Assembly (NCBI GenBank): GCA_025059775.1
Contig: JANXCW010000006.1
Location: forward strand, 22,361-86,360
Source of the DNA: Armatimonadota bacterium
GTDB taxonomy: Bacteria > Sysuimicrobiota > Sysuimicrobiia > Sysuimicrobiales > Sysuimicrobiaceae
Direction: 5' to 3'
DNA: 64,000 bases
How positions within the stretch are numbered: position 1 is the first letter of the stretch; every line of letters begins with the position of its first letter. The notes under the pieces were generated by a model that was not told the DNA's origin, did not search any database, and worked only from the letters and a program-made list of their open reading frames with translations. Position numbers and translations under genes: made by a program. Shown here in pieces: positions 32,715-40,907 of this stretch.

Positions 32715-32754
32715 GGTAGGGTGAAGTTGGATCCTTCCCCTGCCGTTTAATTGT
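32715..32754 (+). terminator. Stem-loop with U-rich tail after the peptide gene (leaky terminator or mRNA stabiliser)
   Basis: GGTAGGG(T)GAAG pairs with CTTCCCCTGCC and is followed by GTTTAATTGT. Confidence 0.55.
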
Positions 32755-32833
32755 TCCCTAAAAAGACAAAATAATGGCCCCAAAATTGCTTACCCAGGGT
32801 CCTACTGGAAATCGCTCTCCTAACAGGTGGACG

Positions 32834-34222
32834 ATGAAGAGATCGTTGCAGTTCTTTGTGGGCCTCTGCATTCTAGGGGGCGCTGCAGTTTTGGGCCAAG
32901 TAATCTACGTGTTCTCCCAAACCAGCAGTCCTTACCACCAAACAGATGTCGCAGCTCTCATGCTTCTGACGTTCTTAGGTATCCTAAGTGAACTTAAGCC
33001 AGTCCAATATTATTTTGGCCCTGAGAACAAAACTGAAGTAACCCTTGGGCTTGCCGTTTTTCTGCCTACTTTAATGTTGTACGGATGGACGTTTGCAGTT
33101 CTTGTCGCAATGCTCACTTCCATCTCTACTGATCTTTATGAAGGTAAACCTTGGTATAAAACTTTGTTCAATGCCGGAAACCATGCTATAGCTACGTGGC
33201 TGGCAGGCCACGTATTCGAGGCTATTGCTGGCGGACATGCCTTACCACAGGTTCTGGCTTTGCGGCTTCTTGGCGGTGTCATCGCTGGAATTACATTTTT
33301 CGTTGTGAACATTGGCCTCCTCAGTATTGTAATTTCATTAGCCGCTTCTATTTCTCTTCGAGACACTCTTCTACTTAATGCACAGCTCATAACACCTGTC
33401 TTTGTTTCAATGGTCGGGCTTGCAGTTGTTGGATCAGTGATATGGACAATTCACCCTCTGCTTGTTGTCCTCCTCGCCCCCGCCGCCATGATGACCAAGC
33501 TCTCCTACGCCAACTATGTCCAGCTCCGCATCGAGACCGACAACTTCCTTCACGCCCTCGCGGAGGCGGTGGACGCCCGGGATCCCTACACGGCCCAGCA
33601 CTCCCATCGGGTGGCGGAACTCTGCCGGGCCATCGCCCGCCGCCTGCAGCTCCCGGACCGTGAGGTGAACCGTCTCTACGCTATCGCCCGGGTGCACGAC
33701 GTAGGCAAGATCGCGGTCCGGGACGCCATCCTCCTCAAGCCCGCTCCCCTCAGCGCCGAGGAGCTCAAGGAGATGCGGGGGCACGTGGAGGCGGGTGCCC
33801 GCATCCTGGGTCACATCAGCCTGTACCGGGATGCCCTCGACATCCTCCTCCAGCACCACGAGCGGCTGGATGGGTCCGGGTATCCGAAGGGACTACAGGG
33901 GGAGGAGATCGGCTTATCTGCCCGCATCCTCGCGGTGGCCGATGCCTACGATGCCATGACCACCCTACGCCCCTACCGGCCCGCCAAAAGCCCGGAGGAG
34001 GCTGTACGGGAGTTGTACCGGTTGGCCGGTAAACAGTATGATCTCTCCGTGGTGCGGGCCCTGGAGGACGAACTTATGGAACGCCGGGTGCTTGAGAAAC
34101 CCGTCCTGGCCGCTACCGAATCGGTTTCTGAGATCCTGGAGGCCGTTGATCCCGATGCTCCTCCTGCTCCCCCTCGCGTTGTCCCTCTGCGTCGGATGGA
34201 TCCGGGGCGGAAGTCTTCGTAA
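32834..34222 (+). CDS. Membrane-sensor HD-GYP protein (predicted cyclic-dinucleotide phosphodiesterase)
   Basis: Multi-TM N-terminus (KPWYKTLFN, resembling MASE9-type sensors). DARDPYTAQHS, HDVGKI, HHERLDGSGYP, ILAVADAYDAMT..RPYR. Alternative start at 32774. Confidence 0.92.
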   Translation: MKRSLQFFVGLCILGGAAVLGQVIYVFSQTSSPYHQTDVAALMLLTFLGILSELKPVQYYFGPENKTEVTLGLAVFLPTLMLYGWTFAVLVAMLTSISTDLYEGKPWYKTLFNAGNHAIATWLAGHVFEAIAGGHALPQVLALRLLGGVIAGITFFVVNIGLLSIVISLAASISLRDTLLLNAQLITPVFVSMVGLAVVGSVIWTIHPLLVVLLAPAAMMTKLSYANYVQLRIETDNFLHALAEAVDARDPYTAQHSHRVAELCRAIARRLQLPDREVNRLYAIARVHDVGKIAVRDAILLKPAPLSAEELKEMRGHVEAGARILGHISLYRDALDILLQHHERLDGSGYPKGLQGEEIGLSARILAVADAYDAMTTLRPYRPAKSPEEAVRELYRLAGKQYDLSVVRALEDELMERRVLEKPVLAATESVSEILEAVDPDAPPAPPRVVPLRRMDPGRKSS

Positions 34223-35108
34223 CCTAGCGGAATCCGAGCTCCGCCTGCCCTGGATGGCCCTCCTCGCCATCCTCACGCAACTCCTGATCTTCGACCCTAC
34301 CTCGCGCCTCGTGCCGGTGCGGTTCCCCGTTGTTCCCGTACACGCCCTGTCCTACCTCCTGCTGGCGGTCTTTATCGGGGCGAACCGACGGCTTCCGGGG
34401 ATGTGGCTGCTAGCCGCGGGATTCCTGGCCAACGCCTTGGTGATCCTCAGCAACGGCGGGTACATGCCCGCCTCGGAGGAGGCCCTGCGGGCTGCGGGCC
34501 GGTGGACGCTCCTGCAGGAGGCAGGAGGAACCTACAACAACTCCTCCCTCATCGGGCCGCAGACCCGGCTGTGGTTTCTGGCGGACGTCTTCGCCATCCC
34601 TGCTGGACTTCCGTTTGCGAACGTTTTCAGCCTGGGGGATGTGCTGTTAGCCCTAGGGGTCCTCGTCCTTGTCCCGGGTCTGATGAGAGCCCGACCCCTG
34701 CGGCCGGAGGCGCGGGTAGCTGCAGCCGTGGCAGGAGGCTTTCTTGTGGGGTACCTTGCGGGTAACCTGGAAGCCCCCGCCGCCCTCTCAGCGGTGAGCG
34801 CACCTCAGCCTTCTTCCACCCCCCGCCTCGTCCAGAAATCTTCTCCACCCCCTCTCTCCCCTATGGCTGAACCGGCCACCCCTGCTCCTCAAGTGCTTTA
34901 CACCGTCCAGGTGGGCGCTTACCGGCATTCCGCAAACGCGCGGACGATGGTGAAGCGGCTCGCGGAGGACGGCTACAGGGCCCGCATCCTCTCCGGTAGC
35001 CTCCACCGGGTGGTGGTAGGGAAATTCGAGACTGAGCGGCAGGCGCACCGCCTCGCGGATCTCCTCGGCCGATCCGGTTATCCCACCTACGTGCGCCGCC
35101 TGCGCTAA
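34155..35108 (+). CDS. DUF5317-like membrane protein fused to a C-terminal SPOR domain
   Basis: RGGSLRNL, NRRLPG, N..VI.SNGGYMP, TRLWFLAD, FSLGD. A Pro-rich linker is followed by YTVQVGAY...A...RVVVG.F (SPOR). The start overlaps the HD-GYP 3' end. Confidence 0.82.
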   Translation: MLLLLPLALSLCVGWIRGGSLRNLAESELRLPWMALLAILTQLLIFDPTSRLVPVRFPVVPVHALSYLLLAVFIGANRRLPGMWLLAAGFLANALVILSNGGYMPASEEALRAAGRWTLLQEAGGTYNNSSLIGPQTRLWFLADVFAIPAGLPFANVFSLGDVLLALGVLVLVPGLMRARPLRPEARVAAAVAGGFLVGYLAGNLEAPAALSAVSAPQPSSTPRLVQKSSPPPLSPMAEPATPAPQVLYTVQVGAYRHSANARTMVKRLAEDGYRARILSGSLHRVVVGKFETERQAHRLADLLGRSGYPTYVRRLR

Positions 35109-36466
35109 TCCCTCACGAACACCAGCACCAAGTCGTTCACGTTGGTCCCGGTGGGACCCGTGCGCAGCAGGTCCCCTACAGCGTCTAGGCAGGGATAGGC
35201 ATCGTTGTCCGCGAGGGAACGCCGGGGATCGTATCCCAGGGTCCGGGCCCGGACGGCCGTGGTCCCGTCCGCCACGCCGCCCGCCGCGTCTGTGGGGCCA
35301 TCCGTCCCGTCCGTAGCCAAACTCACCACCAACACCCCCCTTACCCCTTCTAGGGCCACGGCCGCGCTGAGGGCGAGCTCCTGGTTGCGGCCGCCTTTCC
35401 CCCTGCCCCGTACCGTCACCGTGGTCTCCCCGCCCAAGAGGAGGCAGGCGGGCAGCGGCAAAGGCCGGCCGGCCCTGCGTTCCTCGCGTGCCAGAGCCGC
35501 CACCACCCTTCCCACCTCCCGGGCTTCTCCCTCGAGGAACGTGGTGAGGACGAAGGTGTGGTACCCCAGGGTCTTGGCTTGCCCGGCCGCCGCCTCCACG
35601 GCTTGGGCGAGGTTTCCGACGATCACCGCATGCACCCGCTCGAAGGCGGGATCTCCGGGTTTAGGCGTCTCCGGGATCTCCCCGGCCATCCCCTGCTCCA
35701 GGTGGCGGCGCACGGCTTCCGGTATTTCCGCCAACAGGCCATACCGTTCCAGGATCTCCACCGCGTCGCGGTACGTGGTGGGATCTGGGGCAAGCGGACC
35801 CGAGGCGATGGTGTTCAGGTGGTCGCCCAGCACGTCGCTCAGCACCAGGGCCACCACCGTGGCCGGAAACGCGGCCTTTGCGAACCACCCACCCTTGATG
35901 GCAGACAGATGCTTGCGCACCGCGTTGAGCTCCCCGATGGTGGCGCCGGTGCGGAGCAACAGGTCCGTGGTACGCACCTTGTCCTCCAGGGTGAGGCCCG
36001 GAGCAGGCAGCGCAAGCAAGGCGGACCCCCCTCCCGAGACGAGGCAGAGCAGGAGATCACCCTCCCCGGCCTGCCGCGCAAGGTCGAGGGCGCGGCGCGC
36101 CGCTTCCTCCCCCCTCACATCTGGCAGGGGATGCCCAGCCTCCACCACCTCCACGTGCCGCAGCCCAAGACCGTGTCCTTCCTTGGTCACCACGAGTCCT
36201 CCGGAAATCCGGTCCCCCAGGAGCTCCTCCACCGCCTGCGCCATGGCCACGCTGGCTTTTCCGAAGCCGATCACGAGGACCCGGTCGTAGGCCTCCAGGG
36301 GATACGCACGGTCTGCGACGCGCAGCATCCCGTCCTCCATGCGCAAGAACCTGCGGACCGCTTCCCGGGCGTCTACCGCCCGAAGGGCCGATTGGAGGAT
36401 GCAGGCCGCATCCCGACGTAGTTCCGGATCCTCCCCCACCCGTAGCCACCGACTGTCCCGCCACAT
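35105..36466 (-). CDS. Glycerate 2-kinase (TtuD/MOFRL family)
   Basis: GFGKAS, GHPLPD, SGGGSAL, RKHLSAIKGG, GGETTV, GGRNQE, TDGTDGP, TGTNVND. Confidence 0.94.
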   Translation of the reverse strand: MWRDSRWLRVGEDPELRRDAACILQSALRAVDAREAVRRFLRMEDGMLRVADRAYPLEAYDRVLVIGFGKASVAMAQAVEELLGDRISGGLVVTKEGHGLGLRHVEVVEAGHPLPDVRGEEAARRALDLARQAGEGDLLLCLVSGGGSALLALPAPGLTLEDKVRTTDLLLRTGATIGELNAVRKHLSAIKGGWFAKAAFPATVVALVLSDVLGDHLNTIASGPLAPDPTTYRDAVEILERYGLLAEIPEAVRRHLEQGMAGEIPETPKPGDPAFERVHAVIVGNLAQAVEAAAGQAKTLGYHTFVLTTFLEGEAREVGRVVAALAREERRAGRPLPLPACLLLGGETTVTVRGRGKGGRNQELALSAAVALEGVRGVLVVSLATDGTDGPTDAAGGVADGTTAVRARTLGYDPRRSLADNDAYPCLDAVGDLLRTGPTGTNVNDLVLVFVRD

Positions 36467-36468
36467 GC

Positions 36469-37680
36469 CTACGCCCGGTTCCACAGCGCCAGCAGATACG
36501 GCTTGTGCACCTCGAAGGCCTCCGCCTGCCGCTCCACCACCGTCTCCGCTTCCCGCGTGGTCATCCCCTCCGTCTCCTGCACGAAGGCTGCCACCCGGCC
36601 AAAGTACAGGGGAACCAGGGCTTCCAGGAGTTCACCGGCCTTCATCCGGTGGAAGGCCACGGCAAAGGCATAGCAGATCCGCGCCCAGAGGGGATCCGGG
36701 AGTTCCGAAACCTCCATGCGGGAGGCCAGCGTCGCGAACTCCTCCGGTCCCAGCACCTCCCGCCACATCTCCCCGAAGCGGGAGAACCCGCTCCGGAATC
36801 CTTCCACGAGGGCTGCGCGGTTCACGGGAACCGGCTCGGGCTCTACCTCCACGGGTTCGCCTACCAGAGGGGCAGGCACACTGCCCACGATCCGCCGCCA
36901 CCGATCCGTGTACGTCTCCATCAGGTTGAAGAGGGTTCCCACCACCTGGCGGAACATGGGACCGAGGTGCGCGGCCGGATCCCGGGGATCGTGCAATTTT
37001 ACGCCAAGATGCGCCTGGACCACCCGGTAGCCTCCGTTGAGGGCGGTGGTGGTCATCCAGATGTCCACCCCGAACCGCGCCACGTCCCCCTCCCAAACGG
37101 GTGCCTGCAGCGCCCGTGCCGCGAATTCTCCGGAGAAGGCGAAGTCTCCACCGATGGGCTGGCGTACGCGCACACCGTACAGGGCCCTCGTCATAGGGTA
37201 GGCTAGGTGGTTGGTGATGGTGCCGTCGTACTTGTGCCGCACGTAGTACGGCGCCACGTACTCCGCCTCGCCCCGGACCACGGGCGCAAGCAGCCGCTCC
37301 ATCCACCACGGTGCGATGGACCGAAGGTCCGCATCCAGGGTGGCGCAGGCCCGGGCGCCCAGAAGGCGGGCAGCCTCGAAAACGGCCCGCACCGCGCTCC
37401 CCTTTCCCGGGGGACCCTCGTACGGCGTGGTGAGCACCGCGACGCCCTCCGGAACCCGGGCGCTCAAAGCCAGCTGCGGGGTGCCATCCGTGGATCCTCC
37501 GTCGACGTTGAGGATCACGATGCGAAGACCCGGGAACGACCCTCGGGCGCCCTCCGCGGCTGCTTCCACCACGTAGCGGATGGTGGAGGCGTTGTGGTGG
37601 CTGGGAATGCCGATGAGGAGGTCCGCTTGCCCGACGCGCAGGAGTTCGCCCCGGGCCATTTCCGAAAGCGCTCGGCTCAT
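36469..37680 (-). CDS. GT2-type glycosyltransferase, glucosylglycerate synthase (Ggs)-like
   Basis: IGIPS..N..TI, DGGSTDGT, GKGSA, DADLRSI, RHKYDGTITN, RQPIGGDF, FGVDIWMT, K.HD. Adjacent to glycerate kinase. Confidence 0.75.
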   Translation of the reverse strand: MSRALSEMARGELLRVGQADLLIGIPSHHNASTIRYVVEAAAEGARGSFPGLRIVILNVDGGSTDGTPQLALSARVPEGVAVLTTPYEGPPGKGSAVRAVFEAARLLGARACATLDADLRSIAPWWMERLLAPVVRGEAEYVAPYYVRHKYDGTITNHLAYPMTRALYGVRVRQPIGGDFAFSGEFAARALQAPVWEGDVARFGVDIWMTTTALNGGYRVVQAHLGVKLHDPRDPAAHLGPMFRQVVGTLFNLMETYTDRWRRIVGSVPAPLVGEPVEVEPEPVPVNRAALVEGFRSGFSRFGEMWREVLGPEEFATLASRMEVSELPDPLWARICYAFAVAFHRMKAGELLEALVPLYFGRVAAFVQETEGMTTREAETVVERQAEAFEVHKPYLLALWNRA

Positions 37681-38447
37681 TCCCCTACCCTCCACCACGC
37701 GCCCCCTGTATTGGGCCGGACGGTTTCCACCGCCACCTGGTCGATGCCCTCCCGGTGCAGGGCCGTGATCACGATGTCCCGGGCAAGGGGGGCGAGGTTG
37801 TTGACCTCGCTGAGGTGCACGAGGACCACCCGCTGAGGTTTTCCCGTGTGGAGCCGCACGCTCAGGCGCGCGGCCGCGTCGTTGCTCAGGTGGCCCCGGG
37901 GGCTCATGAGCCGCCGTTTCACCGCGGCGGGGTATGGACTTACCCCCAGCAGCCGCGGGTCGTAGTTCGCCTCCAGGAGCACCAGGTCCGCGCCCATGGC
38001 CCGCTCCACGAAGGCCTCATCGGCCCTGCCTAGGTCCGTAGCGATCACCACCCGCCTTCCCTCCCCCTCGATGACGAAAGCCACGGGATCCGCGGCGTCG
38101 TGCGAGACGGGGACCGCCTCCACCAGCAGCTCCCCGATCCGGAAAGGCCGTAGGTTCTCGAACCGTTCGTGTCCTGCCCGCAAGTCAGGGCAGGCCCGCA
38201 GGGTTCGCTCGTTCGCAAGGACCACGGTTCCCATAGCCCGGGCCACGGACGCGGCGCCCCGGGTATGATCGTCGTGCTCGTGGGTGAGGAGAACCGCGTC
38301 CAGCCGTGCGGGGGCGATCCCGAACCGTGCCAGCCACCGGCGGATGGCCCGGGCGGGAAGTCCCGCGTCCACCAGTACCCGCGTGGATCCCCCCTCCACC
38401 AGCACCGCGTTTGCTGTGCTGCCGCTTGCCAGGACATACACCCGCAT
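37677..38447 (-). CDS. MBL-fold metallohydrolase (YycJ/WalJ-like)
   Basis: LASGS..N, THEHDDH, SHDA.DP, TDLG, LEANYD, GHLSN, HLSE.NN. Confidence 0.9.
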   Translation of the reverse strand: MRVYVLASGSTANAVLVEGGSTRVLVDAGLPARAIRRWLARFGIAPARLDAVLLTHEHDDHTRGAASVARAMGTVVLANERTLRACPDLRAGHERFENLRPFRIGELLVEAVPVSHDAADPVAFVIEGEGRRVVIATDLGRADEAFVERAMGADLVLLEANYDPRLLGVSPYPAAVKRRLMSPRGHLSNDAAARLSVRLHTGKPQRVVLVHLSEVNNLAPLARDIVITALHREGIDQVAVETVRPNTGGAWWRVGE

Positions 38448-38452
38448 TCGAC

Positions 38453-39679
38453 CTACCTCCCTGCCGCCGCGGGGTGCAGGAGTCGATCCAGCAGCGGCTG
38501 CATCCTCTCGTGGAAGACGCGATCCCAGGTAAAGCGCTCGAGGATCCTCCGACGCAGTGCACTCTGCGGGTTCTGGGCGAGGTCCCTGAGGATTTCCCGG
38601 GCGATCTCCTCCGGCGAGTCCTGGGGAGGGAAGAACCGCACGTGAGGGCCTGCCACCTCCTGCAGGGCCGGAATCGCGGTGCAGAAGACCGGCACACGCA
38701 TCAGTCCCGCCTCCGCCACCGGGAGCCCGAACCCTTCCTGGACGCTCGTGAGGAGCACCGCATCCGCCATCAGGTAGAGGTCGCCAACCATGCGGGCAGT
38801 ACACCGCACCCCAAGTTCTGCAAGGAACACGCAGTGCGCCCTCAGGCCGAGTGTGTCCCGCAGCGCAGCCAGCTCCCCGAGGTAGCTCCGGTTGGCGGCG
38901 GTGTGGGCTCCGGGAGGTCCCGTGACTACCAGGAGCGGAGCAGCGCCCGCATCCCGGATGGCCGCGGTGATGCGCACCGCGAGTTCCAGGTTCTTGCGCC
39001 GGGTGACCCGTACGGGCGTGAGGAGGACGGGGAACCGATCCGGGATCCGCAGCCGCTCCAGGAGCGTCCGGGTCCGTGGCTGTAGGGGATGCAAGGACTC
39101 CAGGGAAACCCCCGGTGGGATCACCGGTACCTTCTCGGGCTCCACCCCGAGGACTCGGATCAGGAGATCCCGCACCGCCTCGCTGACGGCCACATAGGTG
39201 ATCTCCGGCCGCGGCGTCCGCAGTAGGCTCCAGGGGTATTCCGGCCGCATCCGAGAGGCCACCGCAGGATCCGCCCAGCTGAGGTCGTGAGTCCACGCCA
39301 CCATCCGAGCCCACGGGAAGCGGTCCAGGAGACGGTGCAGGGCCGCGGTGAGGGGGAGGTTTTTATCTAGGGTGAACACGTTGTGCACGAGAAGGAGGCA
39401 GTTCTGAACGTACGCGGTAAGGTCCTGCACGATCCGGTCCCGCACCCGCTCAAAGGGCCGCGGATCTCCCCGCTCCATGGCCCGGTGTGCGGCCTGAATC
39501 TCGGGGTGGCGGCCGTAGAGGAGCGGCAACAGGGTATGCCCTTCCTCCTTTCCCCCCCGACCCGTGAGGATCCGGACCCGGTACCCCGCGGCCCGGAGCA
39601 AGCGGGCTTGCTCCGCGAGCACGCCTTCCACTCCGCCCACCACCGGCGGGGCCGTGTAATGGAGGAGGACGATCTCCAT
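38453..39679 (-). CDS. GT4 glycosyltransferase (possibly mannosylglucosylglycerate synthase-like)
   Basis: HYTAPPVVGGVE, HN, WTHD, RVTRRKN, EGFGLPVAEA. The specific function is inferred from context only. Confidence 0.8.
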   Translation of the reverse strand: MEIVLLHYTAPPVVGGVEGVLAEQARLLRAAGYRVRILTGRGGKEEGHTLLPLLYGRHPEIQAAHRAMERGDPRPFERVRDRIVQDLTAYVQNCLLLVHNVFTLDKNLPLTAALHRLLDRFPWARMVAWTHDLSWADPAVASRMRPEYPWSLLRTPRPEITYVAVSEAVRDLLIRVLGVEPEKVPVIPPGVSLESLHPLQPRTRTLLERLRIPDRFPVLLTPVRVTRRKNLELAVRITAAIRDAGAAPLLVVTGPPGAHTAANRSYLGELAALRDTLGLRAHCVFLAELGVRCTARMVGDLYLMADAVLLTSVQEGFGLPVAEAGLMRVPVFCTAIPALQEVAGPHVRFFPPQDSPEEIAREILRDLAQNPQSALRRRILERFTWDRVFHERMQPLLDRLLHPAAAGR

Positions 39680-39732
39680 CCCGGATAGAATTCCACCCCC
39701 TGGGGGCAAAATCCCCCGGACTTGCTGAGATC

Positions 39733-39741
39733 TGCTACAAT
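39733..39741 (+). promoter_or_regulatory. Extended -10 promoter for the tRNA
   Basis: TGCTACAAT, 13 nt upstream of the tRNA 5' end. Confidence 0.55.
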
Positions 39742-39754
39742 GAGGGCTAGGCGG

Positions 39755-39829
39755 GCGGGTGTAGCTCAGGGGTAGAGCGTCGGCCCCCCAAGCCGAAGGC
39801 CGCGGGTTCGAATCCCGTCGCCCGCTCCA
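39755..39829 (+). tRNA. tRNA-Gly(CCC)
   Basis: Acceptor stem GCGGGTG/CGCCCGC, U73 discriminator plus CCA, D arm GCTC/GAGC, anticodon stem TCGGC/GCCGA, T loop GGTTCGAATCC. Confidence 0.93.
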
Positions 39830-39927
39830 GGCAGGCCTTTCGAGGGCTCCGGATGCTGTCGCCGTCGGGTGGAATTCTTGATTGGATTGGTTTAGAATCG
39901 TCCCGGTGACCCGTCGCGGAGCCGTGG

Positions 39928-40905
39928 ATGCTGGATCAGTACGGACGCCCCATCCAGGATCTGAGGATCTCCCTCACGGACCGCTGTAACCTTCGCTGTG
40001 TGTACTGCATGCCGGAGGAAGGGATCCCGTTCCTCCCCCGGGAAGGCCTGATGCGGGTAGACGAGATCCTCACCCTCACCCGCATCGCGGCGGAGCTGGG
40101 AGTGGTCAAGGTCCGGCTCACGGGCGGGGAGCCTACGGTGCGACCGGATCTTCTGGACATCGTACGGGGGATTGCGGAGATCCCGGGCATCCGGGACGTG
40201 GCCATGACCACGAACGGCGTGCGGCTGCGCAGCCTCGCGGGGCCTCTAGCCCGCGCGGGGCTCCGGAGGGTGAACGTGAGCCTGGATACCCTCAACCCCC
40301 AGACCTTCGCCCGCATCACCCGGGGAGGGCGACTCCGGGACGTCCTGGAAGGCATCCGGGCCGCGGAGGAGGCGGGGCTCCACCCCATCAAGGTGAACAC
40401 GGTGGTGGTGCGATCCTTCAACGACGAGGAGGTCACAGACCTCGCCGCGCTCACCCTGAACCACGCATGGGAGGTCCGGTTCATCGAGGTCATGCCCTTC
40501 GGGGAGGTGGCAGATCTGGCCCTGGCGGGGGTTGTGCCCAGCGAGGAGACCATGGCCCGCATCGAGGCCGCCTTCGGACCGCTCGAACCCCTGGACCTGT
40601 CTGGGGAAGATCCGGCCCGCACCTACCGAATTCCCGGCGCGGCAGGAACCCTCGGGTTCATCAGTCCCGTAAGCCAACCCTTCTGCAGCAAGTGCGGACG
40701 GCTGCGGCTCACGCCGGACGGCAAGCTGCGGCTCTGTCTTTTACGGGACGACGAGGTGGATCTGCTGACTCCCCTGCGCCGCGGCGCCACGTACGAGGAG
40801 CTGCGGGAGATCTTCCGGGCCGCCGCCTACCGCCGTCCCTTCGGCCACGCCCTGGCGGAGCGCATGTACCCCCAGCAGCGGGTCATGACCCAGATCGGGG
40901 GCTGA
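39928..40905 (+). CDS. moaA: GTP 3',8-cyclase (radical SAM)
   Basis: CNLRCVYC, TGGEP, FCSKCGRLR..DG...C, C-terminal IGG. Confidence 0.96.
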   Translation: MLDQYGRPIQDLRISLTDRCNLRCVYCMPEEGIPFLPREGLMRVDEILTLTRIAAELGVVKVRLTGGEPTVRPDLLDIVRGIAEIPGIRDVAMTTNGVRLRSLAGPLARAGLRRVNVSLDTLNPQTFARITRGGRLRDVLEGIRAAEEAGLHPIKVNTVVVRSFNDEEVTDLAALTLNHAWEVRFIEVMPFGEVADLALAGVVPSEETMARIEAAFGPLEPLDLSGEDPARTYRIPGAAGTLGFISPVSQPFCSKCGRLRLTPDGKLRLCLLRDDEVDLLTPLRRGATYEELREIFRAAAYRRPFGHALAERMYPQQRVMTQIGG

Positions 40906-40907
40906 GC

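Noticed and set aside
39755..39930. tRNA-Gly as an integration site
   Set aside because: No integrase, no duplicated tRNA 3' end noticed, and no compositional shift downstream.
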